The position numbers were made by a program, and so were the translations under genes. Source: Acidimicrobiia bacterium (GTDB lineage Bacteria > Actinomycetota > Acidimicrobiia > Spongiisociales > ZC4RG35). From it: DNA of 64,000 nucleotides. Each line of letters opens with the position of its first letter. Position 1 is the first letter of the stretch. The notes beneath the pieces are model-generated. The model searched no databases and was not told the origin of the DNA. It worked only from the letters and a program-made list of their open reading frames with translations. The stretch spans positions 678,230 to 742,229 of the forward strand of contig CBDCBK010000010.1 in the NCBI GenBank assembly GCA_965214265.1, written 5' to 3'. Shown here in pieces: positions 28,751-39,019 of this stretch.

Positions 28751-29613
28751 CGGGGACCAGCGGCGAAGACAGGAAGGTGAGACGGGCCTTACGGCGACGC
28801 TCCCGGCTCCCCACCATCCTCGGGCTGGCGGGGGTGGCGATCGTTGGGGCTCTGCTGTTCACGGCTGTGTTCGCCTCGTGGGTGGCGCCGTACGACCCCA
28901 CCGAGCGGGTATCCAGACCCTTCCTGCCGCCCAGCGCCGAACATCTGTTGGGTACCAACGATGTCGGCCATGATCTCCTCTCGGAGATCATCTTCGGATC
29001 GCGGGTGTCTTTGTTGGTGGGGCTCGTCGCGGCAACGGTGGCGCTGCTGATCGGTACGACTGTGGGGGTGGTGGCCGGCTATTACCCCAGACGGCTGGGG
29101 TCGACTCTGATGCGCGGGGTTGACGTGATCTTGATCCTGCCGTTCCTCCCGCTGCTCATAGTGCTGGCTGCCTACTTGGGCAGGAGCCTTCTGAACACGA
29201 TCCTGGTCATCGGGGTGCTGATCTGGGCGGAGCCGGCCCGGATCATCCGATCACAGGTCCTATCCCTCCGCTCGCGAGAATACGTGCTGGCAGCCCGTTC
29301 GATGGGCGCACCTGACCGTTGGACGATCCTGCGGCACATCGTTCCCCGCACAGCCCTGCTCGCTACGGGCTCGTTCGTCCGGGCGGTGTCCGGGGCGATT
29401 CTGCTGGAGGCTGCGCTCAGCTTCCTGGGTCTGGGCGACCCGATCCAAAAGAGCTGGGGCTCGACGCTGTACTGGGCCCAGACTCGGGGGGCCTTCCTGA
29501 CCCCGGCATGGAAATGGTGGGTGCTGCCGCCCGGCCTGCTGATCATGCTGGCGTCCCTCGGATTCGCTCTCATCGCCTTCTCGCTCGAGGAACGAATCAA
29601 TCCCCGGTTGTAG
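28747..29613 (+). CDS. ABC transporter permease (DppC/OppC-like)
   Basis: 'REYVLAARSMGA' EAA loop. Stop/start overlap with the upstream permease. Confidence 0.8.
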   Translation: MTGTSGEDRKVRRALRRRSRLPTILGLAGVAIVGALLFTAVFASWVAPYDPTERVSRPFLPPSAEHLLGTNDVGHDLLSEIIFGSRVSLLVGLVAATVALLIGTTVGVVAGYYPRRLGSTLMRGVDVILILPFLPLLIVLAAYLGRSLLNTILVIGVLIWAEPARIIRSQVLSLRSREYVLAARSMGAPDRWTILRHIVPRTALLATGSFVRAVSGAILLEAALSFLGLGDPIQKSWGSTLYWAQTRGAFLTPAWKWWVLPPGLLIMLASLGFALIAFSLEERINPRL

Positions 29614-29747
29614 CCGGTGGCTCCAAGTCCGGGCGGCTCCCTGGATACGGGAATCAAGAGATGGAGACAGACTGAATGCTCAGAGCTTTGAACAGACGCA
29701 TCAAAGAGACTCTGGACGGTTCACGCCAGAGTTAACGATGCAGAACC

Positions 29748-30692
29748 TCATCCACCGGTGATGATCCCGATCTCGACCAGTTCGCGGTCGGTCAGGTGCC
29801 AGTCGGCTCCCTTCGAGTTAGTGAGAACCTGCTCGGGTGAGCTTGCGCCGGGGATAACTGTCGAGACATCTGGTTGTGCAGCCAGCCAGCTAATAGCCAG
29901 TTCGATTAGGGTCCGGCCGTGGTCGGCCGCGTACTCTTGGAGTTTCTCCACGATGTCGAGGTTCCGATCGCTCAAGAAGCCCCGGTCGGTTGTCGCCGGA
30001 TCGTTCCGGACCCATTCCATCCGCGAACCCTTGGGGGGTTCCTTCCCTCGTCGGTACTTTCCAGTCAGCACGCCGTTGGCGAGTGGGCAGTACGGCATCA
30101 CAGAAAGACTGTTGCGTGTGCAAGCGGGAATAACGTCTCGTTCTACCGTACGGGCGAAGAGACTGTAGTGATTCTGGGCGCTGACGAAGCGAGGGATTCC
30201 GCGGTGCATGCTCACCGCGGTTGCTTGGTCGATTTGGGCGCCAGTGAAGTTCGAGCATCCGATCTCGCGAACTTTGCCTTGTTCGACCAGGCGATGCAAC
30301 GCATCCAGCGTTTCCTCGATCGGAACCGAGGGATCTGGCGTATGCATTTGGTATAGATCGATGTAATCGGTCCCGAGACGCTGGAGACTGTCCTCGACGG
30401 CCAAGGCGACCCATCGGGCGCTGCCGCCCGCCTGGGCGTCGTTCAGCATTTTCATCCCGAACTTGGTGCCCACAATCGCTTGGTGGCGTCTGCCTCGTAG
30501 CGCTGCGCTCAGATACTCCTCGGATAGTCCTTTGCCCCCGTAGATGTCGGCCGTGTCGAAATAGGTAATTCCTTGTTCGAGCGCGGTCAAGACAACTGTC
30601 TCGGTCTGCTTTTTATCGAGTCGGGCACCGAAGTTGTTGCAGCCCAAACCGACCTTCGAAACCCGTAGGCTTCCTATGAGAGCAGTGCGCAT
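29748..30692 (-). CDS. aldo/keto reductase
   Basis: 'MRTALIGSLRVSKVGLGCNNFG...GITYFDTADIYG'. Start ATG at 30692. Confidence 0.8.
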   Translation of the reverse strand: MRTALIGSLRVSKVGLGCNNFGARLDKKQTETVVLTALEQGITYFDTADIYGGKGLSEEYLSAALRGRRHQAIVGTKFGMKMLNDAQAGGSARWVALAVEDSLQRLGTDYIDLYQMHTPDPSVPIEETLDALHRLVEQGKVREIGCSNFTGAQIDQATAVSMHRGIPRFVSAQNHYSLFARTVERDVIPACTRNSLSVMPYCPLANGVLTGKYRRGKEPPKGSRMEWVRNDPATTDRGFLSDRNLDIVEKLQEYAADHGRTLIELAISWLAAQPDVSTVIPGASSPEQVLTNSKGADWHLTDRELVEIGIITGG

Positions 30693-30848
30693 CGTCGCCT
30701 CATTTCTCTCCAGACATCCCGGTGTGTAGCTCAAACCGGACTTCCCTTGTCCCGTTACTCAAGAGGAGCATACGCCGACGCCGGTCGCTATGGCCAGGGG
30801 ACAGGCTTGATGGTCAGACCGACCAAGGTCGACGAGCGGATGTCCAGT

Positions 30849-31298
30849 TCATGGGCGCCAGTCGGACTCGATCGGTGGGCAGGTCTGAATCAGGTGGGGA
30901 TAGCCGCGGAGGCCGTCTTCCAAGGAGTGATCAGCCCCCGCTCTGATTACTTGATCATCGCAGGCGGGGATGACCCCGGCGCCCAGCAGGTCGATGTTCT
31001 CCATCCAGCGGTCGAAGGAGAGCCGCAGGTCGAAGACCAGGTGGTCGACGCCCACTTCCGGGAACTTGGCGGTTGCGGTCACCACCTCGTCGGGGTTTCT
31101 GGCGATCAGTGAACCCTCGATGTCCTCGGCGGTCTCGAAGCGACCCGACAGAGGCTTCACCCACCACTTGCCGCGCGTGTTCGCCCAGGCCAGGAGGCCC
31201 TCGATGGATGTACCGGCGATGGCCTCCTCGGTGGTCTCGGCGATGCTGGTAGGAGGTATGCAGGCCACGGTCGGCATCGGGCGGCCGTTCTCCCGCAA
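30849..31298 (-). pseudogene. possible C-terminal fragment of an LLM-class flavin-dependent oxidoreductase
   Basis: 'NPDEVVTATAKFPEVGVDHLVFDL ... DLLGAGVIPA' resembles LLM C-termini. No N-terminal TIM-barrel portion lies upstream. Confidence 0.3.
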
Positions 31299-31475
31299 GA
31301 GTCACCCCGGGTTTAGCGGAGAGTGTGATGGTCTCCCGCAGCGGGTTAACCTCACCAGAGCCAAGCGACCTCAGAGCACCGACAACTCCTAGAAGATCAG
31401 TGGCTCGTCGATGCTCCTAGGGGGGTCTCCTCATGGGCAAGCCGTCCGCGGTCGCCAACCGTAGTATCGACCGGT

Positions 31476-32357
31476 ATGGGCCGTTTCACACAGCCGCAGC
31501 GCCGCAGTTCAGGACGTCAGGTTGTACGGTTCGCAGAGGAGCTTCGCCTCGACTGGTCAAGGGCTCGGGTGGGTGGGCTGTCGGCTGAGATCGCTTTCTT
31601 CGCGCTCCTCGGGCTGTTCCCGGCTGTGGTGGTATTCGCTGCCGCGCTTGGTTCGCTTGACGTGGTGATGGGCGAAGACGCGGCTGCCGACACCGAGCAA
31701 TGGCTACTCAATCAGGTGCATGAGATCTTCGGCTCCGACAACACGCTGCGCTCTACCATCGCGGAGCTCTTCGAACGGTCGAATGCGGGACTGATCACGG
31801 TTGGCATCGTTTTGACGATGTACGCCTCGTCGCGGGGCTTCGTCGCCGTGGTACGCGCTCTGGACGTGGCATATGGCCACGATCAGCGCAGAAGCTGGCT
31901 GTCGACCCGGGTTCTGGGTTTGGGCCTGACGGCTTCCACGATTCTGGTTGCCGCGCTGGTTGCCGCGATGGTGGTGGTCGGTCCCTTGCTGGGCGGCGGG
32001 GAGGAGGTGGCCGAGCGTCTGGGGGCCGGCTCCGCGTTTACCACGGCTTGGGGGTGGTTGCGCTGGCCTGTGGTGTTTGCAGTTGTGGTCTTGTGGGCCA
32101 CCTCCGTCTACCACATAGCGTCCCGCAGGCGGGCGCCATGGCGACGGGAGTTGCCAGGAGCGGTGGTGGGAACCGTGTGGTGGCTGGTCGTGTCGGCAGG
32201 TTTCCGCGCCTACCTCGAGTTGGCCTCCAGCGGTGTGAACGCGGTGTTCGGGTTGCTGGGTGGGGCTCTGAGCCTGCTGCTGTGGTTGTATCTTCTGGCG
32301 ATGGGCCTGCTCGCCGGGGCTGGGTTGAACATGGTGCTGGCTCGCCGCCGGCGGTGA
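31476..32357 (+). CDS. YihY/BrkB-family membrane protein
   Basis: 293 aa with six TM segments and family motifs 'YASSRGFVAVVRALDVAYG' and 'LLWLYL'. Confidence 0.75.
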   Translation: MGRFTQPQRRSSGRQVVRFAEELRLDWSRARVGGLSAEIAFFALLGLFPAVVVFAAALGSLDVVMGEDAAADTEQWLLNQVHEIFGSDNTLRSTIAELFERSNAGLITVGIVLTMYASSRGFVAVVRALDVAYGHDQRRSWLSTRVLGLGLTASTILVAALVAAMVVVGPLLGGGEEVAERLGAGSAFTTAWGWLRWPVVFAVVVLWATSVYHIASRRRAPWRRELPGAVVGTVWWLVVSAGFRAYLELASSGVNAVFGLLGGALSLLLWLYLLAMGLLAGAGLNMVLARRRR

Positions 32358-32867
32358 TCCGGCAGGGCACCGGCCCTATTGGATGCTCTCCGCATCGGGT
32401 CGAACTGGCTGCAGATGTCTGGTCGGGCACACCAAGCCCACCGTCGGGTCTCAGCCTTCCGGACCTGGCTGGGAACGATTCCGAGCATCGCTGGTTCGGC
32501 GCACCTTGGCGCGTCGTCGAGGACCTACCGGTAGGTGCTGGTGGCTAACCGGGATTCCGTCCGGGGAGGTCGATAGCACCAGGTCCGGTTCTTTCGTAGC
32601 CCCAGTCCCCCAAGATCTTGAGCGGAAGTCCCGGCCACTAGTTTGAGGGGGTGTTGCCGATCACTGAACCTTCCCATCTCAATTGACCGAACTGGACCGA
32701 AGAATTGCATGCCTTCTCCGACCGCTGGGAATCTCTCCTCAGTTATTATGCTCCGGGCCAGCGAACGGCGCGTTGGACGTCCTGTAATAGCAAGCAGACA
32801 TCGTTCGCAGTCAATAAGAGAACTCTCGACTCCCCGGTAACCAGACTCAAGAGATGACGAAAGACCC

Positions 32868-33737
32868 TCAGTATCCTCGGCCTGATTGTTGTGTATACCA
32901 CTCCCATCGCGACTTCATGCCTTCTGGATCCGACGTGACCTTTTCAGGAGCGAAGTCGAACTCCCATCCTTCGGTTGCTATGGTATCTACTATCTTTCCC
33001 GCATTAAAGCAGAGTCCAGTGAATCTGTTTGGAGGCTGGCTTGCCAGCCAGACAAAGGCCTGACCCAGTTCGGTAGGATCCGTCCAGGTTGATTTCACGT
33101 CTTCGGGCACCAGCTCTGCCTCTGCAACAGTTACCCCCGATGGCTTGATTCGCTTTCCAGGCCCCACAGCGTTGATAGCTATGTTGTGAGGCACTGCCTC
33201 TATGGACAGGGATTTGGCAAACCCTTCTTGGCCGTGTTTTCCGACACCATATGCAACCTCATTGGCAAAACCGTGAAAGCTGGAGAGGCTGGCCACAGAC
33301 ATGATATGGCCACCACCTTGCGCCTTCATTACCTCCCACACCGCTTTTGTGCCATTAAACAGACCACCCAAATTAATGAAGACCTCATGCCACCAAGCCG
33401 CATGAGATGTTTTCTCAAAACTGATCACCGGCATTATCACAGCAGCATGAACCAACACATCTAACCTGCCCCATTCATCAACCACTTTGTGGACGACGTT
33501 GTCGAACATTTCAGGGTTGGTTACATCCAAAGGCAGATTGAGCAGTTGGGTTCCACTCATCTTCATCCCCTTGAAAGAAGCTTCCATCTCCGCTTCATCC
33601 ACATCGGTCGCGCACACCTTCACACCGGCTCGTCCGAAGGCCTTGGCAATTCCGCTGCCGAGACCTCTGCCAGCGCCTGTCACCAGTGCAACGTTCCCCT
33701 CCAGTCCGGGTATGACTGGGTTGCCTTTGAGGATCAT
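32868..33737 (-). CDS. SDR-family oxidoreductase with long C-terminal extension; markedly lower GC than surrounding DNA
   Basis: 'VALVTGAGRGLGSGIAKAF' Rossmann motif and catalytic 'YGVGKHG'. Local GC is visibly lower (about 50%) than the flanks. Start ATG 33737 ('MILKGNPV'). Confidence 0.7.
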   Translation of the reverse strand: MILKGNPVIPGLEGNVALVTGAGRGLGSGIAKAFGRAGVKVCATDVDEAEMEASFKGMKMSGTQLLNLPLDVTNPEMFDNVVHKVVDEWGRLDVLVHAAVIMPVISFEKTSHAAWWHEVFINLGGLFNGTKAVWEVMKAQGGGHIMSVASLSSFHGFANEVAYGVGKHGQEGFAKSLSIEAVPHNIAINAVGPGKRIKPSGVTVAEAELVPEDVKSTWTDPTELGQAFVWLASQPPNRFTGLCFNAGKIVDTIATEGWEFDFAPEKVTSDPEGMKSRWEWYTQQSGRGY

Positions 33738-34198
33738 GACGAACCTAGCCGGTTGGAGAACCCAGTGCAGTCGCCACCGGTTGCACCGCATCCATGACGA
33801 ACTCGACATGCTCTTTGTCTCGGCAAAGGAACCACGAACCTATCTTCTCACGCCTCGAACTGCTGTGCGCGGCCGCTGCATTTGGGGAGCAACCCCGAAG
33901 GACTACCCGCGTCGTCACTCATCTAACTCTACCAGACGGCTGCAACAGCGCCACCTGCCGCTGGCAACAGCAACCCAACGACCGCAAGCCACGGAAATCG
34001 CCCGCTACTAGTGGTTTGACCAATCGTCTACCCAATGGCTTTGGACACGGCAAGTCCGAAAAATTCCCGGGTCGGTTCACCACACCTCAAAGCAGGTCGA
34101 TGGGACTGATATCTGCTGAGTACCCGTCATACGGATCGTTTTCGTTATCTCAGGTCTTGGGTTGGTGGGGGTTGCCGACCTTCGTTCGTAGTCGCCGG

Positions 34199-37140
34199 TT
34201 ACTGGCATTGTGCCGGGGTACTGTCCTCTTGGGACACCGCGAGGACGTATGTGCCCTTGAAGCCGCCTTGGGAGTCGATCTTGACGTAGTGCGAACCGGT
34301 GCCTGCTGCGGTGAACTCCAACCTCGCGTCATTTCCCGGGCCGCTGTCTAAGTCGTAGGAATCTTCTATCCGGCCTCCGCCCTTGGAATGGAGACGGCCG
34401 GCGGTCTCGTAGGCGCCGTGCAGCGCCGTGTCATCAGGGTCGACGTAGATGCCGAGCAGCTCCGGATCCGGCAACGTTGCAGTGCCGGAGCTGAGCCCGC
34501 GTACTTCGAGCACATACGTCTCCCCGGCGATGAGTTCGACGCGTATCCAGTCGATGTCCCACGACGGGTCGATTCTCGCTTGCGTCGGGTCGCCGAAGCA
34601 ACTGCCGACTTCCACCGACGCGGAGGTGCTGAAATCGGGAACCGGGTCGTTTGCCTGCGGTGACGTGCTTGCCATCAAGAACATCGACTTCAACGAATGG
34701 GTGCCGGGTGACTGAACTCGTACGTAGTAGATGCCTGAGGGGACCACGGCATTCACGTATTCTTCGGTGTTCGACTCATTTGTGCTCGAGGCGAGAACCG
34801 CCAGCGTCGAGTCGGACTGTGGCTGCTCGAGGAACACATCTGCATCACGGGAGATGTCCAACAAGACGGCCGCGACGAATCGTTCTCGTGTCAACGTAAA
34901 CTTGAAATAGTTCGATCCAGAACTCAGCCAGTCATGCCACACGAGGCTCAGAGCGCCCTGCGTGGTCATATCTCCAAGGTCAAGCGCGCCGACGGGTCCC
35001 GCAGCATCGTCATCGGCCACCGTTGCCGACACTTGCGCCGACAGCCCGGCATAGTTCGCGTCAGCCGATGTCGCGGTCGCTGTCACCGACACCGTCTCGA
35101 AAGCATCGTCGTTGTCGTCGACACCGGCAACCGTGACGGTCTGGGCCGTGTCCCATGTCGCCGGGGTGAAGACCAGCAGCGCCCCGCTGCTCACCTTCAA
35201 CGCCCCGTTGTCACCCGAGGACACCACAACGACGACATCCGCCGACGGGGCAGTGGCGAGTCTCACCGAGAACTCCCCGGTGCCTGCCTCGCCCACGCGC
35301 ATCTGCGTGGGGTCCACTACCAACCCGGAATGATCGTCGTCTTCGACATTGACCTCCAACTCCACGCGTGTCTCGTCGTAGGCAGCATCGGTGGACGAAG
35401 CCACCGCGGTGACGGTCACGTTGTCATCGTCAGCGTCGTTGTCGTCGACACCGGCAACCGTGACGGTCTGGGCCGTGGCCCATGTCGCCGGGGTGAAGAC
35501 CAGCAGCGCCCCGCTGCTCACCTTCAACGCCCCGTTGTCACCCGAGGACACCACAACGAGGACATCCGCCGACGGGGCGATGGCGAGTCTCAGCGAGAAC
35601 TCCCCGGTGCCTGCCTCGCCCACGCGCATCTGCGTGGGGTCCACTACCAACCCGGAATGATCGTCGTCTTCGACATTGACCTCCAACTCCACGCGTGTCT
35701 CGTCGTAGGCAGCATCGGTGGACGAAGCCACCGCGGTGACGGTCACGTTGTCATCGTCAGCGTCGTTGTCGTCGACACCGGCAACCGTGACGGTCTGGGC
35801 CGTGGCCCATGTCGCCGGGGTGAAGACCAGCAGCGCCCCGTCGCTCACCTTCAACGCCCCGTTGTCACCCGAGGACACCACAACGAGGACATCCGCCGAC
35901 GGGGCAGTGGCGAGTCTCAGCGAGAACTCCCCGGTGCCTGCCTCGCCCACGCGCATCTGCGTGGGGTCCACTACCAACCCGGAATGATCGTCGTCTTCGA
36001 CATTGACCTCCAACTCCACGCGTGTCTCGTCGTAGGCAGCATCGGTGGACGAAGCCACCGCGGTGACGGTCACGTTGTCATCGTCAGCGTCGTTGTCGTC
36101 GACACCGGCAACCGTGACGGTCTGGGCCGTGGCCCATGTCGCCGGGGTGAAGACCAGCAGCGCCCCGCTGCTCACCTTCAACGCCCCGTTGTCACCCGAG
36201 GACACCACAACGAGGACATCCGCCGACGGGGCGATGGAGAGTCTCAGCGTGAGCTCTGCCGTGCCTGCCTCGCCCACGTTCAGGCCGGTAGGCACGGCAA
36301 GGAGTCCCCGCTGCTGCCTCCACCGCTGCTGCCTCCACCGCTGCTGCCTCCACCGCTGCTGCCTCCACCGCTGCTGCCTCCACCGCTGCCGCCTCCACCA
36401 CCACTGAAGCCCCCGCCGTCTCCGTCGTCTTCTTGCTCCCCGCTGGCGCTGGGAAGTTCTGGCGAGTGTGCCAAGGCGCGTGCGAGGAACGTGGCCATCT
36501 CTGCCCTGGTCACAGGCTGGTCCGGGCAGAACATGGTGTCTTCGCATCCTTTGGTGATGCCCGAAGCGGCGAGCTTGGCGACACTTGCCGCGTACCAAGC
36601 GTCGGAAGGCACGTCGCTGAAACCAGGGTCGGGTCCTTCATCCAGCCCGAACGCTCGGGACAGGAAGGCAGCCATCTCGGCGCGGGTCGTAGTCCGATCG
36701 GGGCAGAAGACACTGCCGTCCCCGCATCCCTTGGTGACGCCAAGTGCCGCCAGGCGCTCAATGAAAGCTACGTGAGGATGCGCCGCGTCCACGTCCCCAA
36801 AGCGCCTTGACGCAGCCGGCCAGGGGTCCGCTCCGTCCAGGACGCGAACAGTCCACACCGCCACCGTCGCGCGATCTATGTCATCCCCGGGGCAGAACCC
36901 CTCATCGCACTCAGTGCCCACAAACACCCCGGCGGCGGCAAGAGTGCTGACCGGCTCCGCGTAGTAGGCGTCGGAGGGAACATCCGAATACGGCGCACCC
37001 TGTTGCGCCACGGCCGCCGACGTTGCTGCCCCCAGTACCGCAGCCACCATGGCCACAAAAGCCAACCCCCAAACCACCCCAACACGAACGCCACTCAACC
37101 ACAACCGCACTAAAACGAACCCCCACCGAGGCCGACACAA
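34199..37140 (-). CDS. large surface protein: signal peptide, 3 SLH domains, (GGGSS)n linker, 4 near-identical ~109-aa Calx-beta/cadherin-like repeats, 2 PPC (pre-peptidase C-terminal) domains. Currently split by a -1 frameshift in a C4 run near 36306
   Basis: SLH motifs ('FSDVPSDAWYAASVAKLAASGITKGC...VTRAEMATFLARAL' x3) in ORF 36280..37140. The repeats 'GEAGTGEFSLRLATAPSADVLVVVSSGDNGALKVS.GALLVFTPATWATAQTVTVAGVDDNDADDDNVTVTAVASSTDAAYDETRVELEVNVEDDD' occur x4, followed by the PPC-like region, in ORF 34199..36598. The two ORFs overlap and join if one C is added at 36306-36309. A likely ATG start is at 37050. Confidence 0.7.
34977..36285 (-). repeat. four tandem 327-bp coding repeats, nearly identical at DNA level
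   Basis: Identical spurious antisense ORFs start at 35391, 35718 and 36045 (period 327). The protein repeats are about 95-100% identical. Confidence 0.85.
36311..36400 (-). repeat. 15-nt microsatellite (ctgctgcctccaccg)x5 encoding (GGGSS)n linker
   Basis: Direct reading. Confidence 0.9.
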
Positions 37141-37280
37141 TTACTACAGATACAACTCATTTACAGAGCAGAAGTTAGCACTATATACCGGCACTCGCAT
37201 TGTTACCTCACAATCGCCTCATAAATGTACCACAGCGGGGCAGCGTCCCATTGATGTGGTGGGAATGATCCTTACCGCAG

Positions 37281-39010
37281 TGAACGCGTTTCGTCTTCGA
37301 CAATGGGACTGCGCGCTGGGAAGGAGTCCCGTTGAGAGGGAAACGACCGAGAAGAGAGTGCTCGGAGGAGTTCAAATGTGACGCGGTGGAGATCGTGGGC
37401 AGTTCTGGCAAGCCAATACACCAGGTCGCTAACGAGTTGGGGATCTATGACTCGACGTTGGGGAACTGGGTACGTCAGGATGAGATCAACCGGGGAGATC
37501 GGGAAGGGCTGAGTACCGATGAGAGGGAACGGCTCCGCGAACTCGAGCTGGGCTTCCCCCCGTATCGTGGAGGCTTGCTCTTTGAGGAGGAGCTTATGTC
37601 TGAGATACGTAGAAGGTATGACCCGGAGTTCAAGTCTGGGGCGGTACGGATTGTTCTGGAGACTGGGAAACCGATTGCCCGGGTGGCCCGGGATTTGGGT
37701 CTTCAATGCGGGTACGTTGGGGAACTGGGTGAAGCAGCAGCGTGTTTCCCAGGAGGGCAACGGGCCGTTGGGCGAGGACGGCTTGGCTGAGCTTGTTCGG
37801 CTGCGGAAAGAGGTGGCGGAGTTGCGGACGGGGGCGTGATGTGCTCAAACGATCTGTGGTCCTGTGGGTCAAGGAGGCGACACGATGAGCGTGGTATCCC
37901 ATATCGCCGCCCAGAGGACCAACCACGGTGTTCCCCACGCGGTTTCCTGTCGGCTTCTGGGGGTGAGCGAGTCCTGGTTCTACAAGTGGCGCAGCCGCCG
38001 CCCGACCGCCACCGAACAACGCCGGGCGGAGTTGGATGTGAGGGTAAGGATCGTGTTTGAGACATCTGCAAGGACCTACGGTTCTCCCCGGGTTTGTGCT
38101 CAGCTGCGCTCCGATGGTGAACGGGTCTTTAGAAAAGACCGTGGCCCGGTCTATGCGCACCCAAGGGCTCGTTGGCACGGCAGAAACGGCGCCGGCGAGG
38201 GCTGACCCGCCCCGACAAAGCCGCTCCTGTGGCGCCTGATCTGATCCGCCGCGATTTCACCGCCCAAAGACCTAACGAGAAATGGTGCGGCGATTTCAAA
38301 CAGATCAACACCCAGGAGGGTCCCGTCTACCTGGGAACGGTCGAGGACCTGTACTCCCGGCGGATGCTGGGGTTCGCTCTCAGTTACACCTATCCCACCG
38401 CCGAGCTGGCCAAAGCCGCGGTGAACATGGCCATCGCCACCCGAGGCGGAACCGTCGAGGGAGTGATTTTCCACACCGACCGAGGCTCTCAAATACAACG
38501 CCGAAGCGTTCACCAAAGCCTGCGCGCGGCTGGGGATCGTCCAGTCCATGGGAAGAGTAGGCTCCGCCTTGGACAACGCCGCTGCCGAGTCGTTTTTCTC
38601 CACCCTCCAACAGGAACGGATCAACAACCGACGGTACGCCACCAGAACCCAAGCCAGACAAGACATCGCTAACTGGATCCACACCTGGTACAACCAACAC
38701 CGACTACATTCCACCCTCGACATGACCAGCCCCATCAACTACGAAAAAACCCACGAAACAACCTAACCAACTCTCCACGATTTGGGGGGAACCTCAAGCG
38801 GGGAGAACGCTCGGCTGCGGATGGAGCGTGAACTCTTGAAACGAGCTGTGGCCTTCTGGGTGAGGGAGTAGAACGAGTGATGCTGTATCGCTTCGTCGAT
38901 GCCCAGAGAGCCGAAGGGTTCCCCGTCAGGATGGTGTGTTCGGTCGTGGGGGTTTCCCCCTCGGCCTACTACGGGTATGGGAAGCGGGTCCGGCTCAGCT
39001 GGCCGAGGCC
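37281..39010 (+). mobile_element. IS3-family element 'B' (IRL near 37281 starting TGAACG; orfA N-terminus at 37332..37548; orfA C-terminus and orfB N-terminus at about 38797..39010), interrupted by nested IS 'A' and 3'-truncated
   Basis: orfA-B N-terminus 'RGKRPRRECSEEFKCDAVEIV...DERERLRELE' resumes after element A as 'ENARLRMERELLKRAVAFWVRE*' followed by orfB 'LYRFVDAQRAEGFPVRMVCSVVGVSPSAYY'. No right inverted repeat was found before integrase homology begins. Confidence 0.6.
37549..38796 (+). mobile_element. IS3-family element 'A' (~1.25 kb) nested inside element B; 3-bp AGC target-site duplication; orfA (HTH) and orfB (DDE) with several frameshifts
   Basis: Inverted repeats TGGGCTTCCCCCCGTATCGTGGAGGCTTG (left) and TGAGGTTCCCCCCAAATCGTGGAGAGTTG (right, reverse complement), flanked by AGC on both sides. 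orfA reads 'MSEIRRRYDPEFKSGAVRIVLETGKPIARVARDLG...ELVRLRKEVAELR' then (+1 in a G5 run at 37830) 'RDVLKRSVVLWVKEA'. orfB reads 'VSHIAAQRTNHGVPHAVSCRLLGVSESWFYKW' ... 'HTDRGSQ' ... 'GRVGSALDNAAAESFFSTLQQE', spread over three frames. Confidence 0.7.
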
Positions 39011-39019
39011 AACGTCAGA

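Noticed and set aside
34977-36285. Possible CRISPR array because of regular repeats
   Set aside because: The period is 327 bp with no unique spacers, the units are protein-coding, and no cas genes are present.
34934-36775. 613-aa plus-strand ORF and identical 89-aa ORFs at 35391/35718/36045
   Set aside because: They are antisense to the SLH/repeat surface-protein gene and are simply mirror images of the 327-bp coding repeats; the sense strand has clear domain homology.
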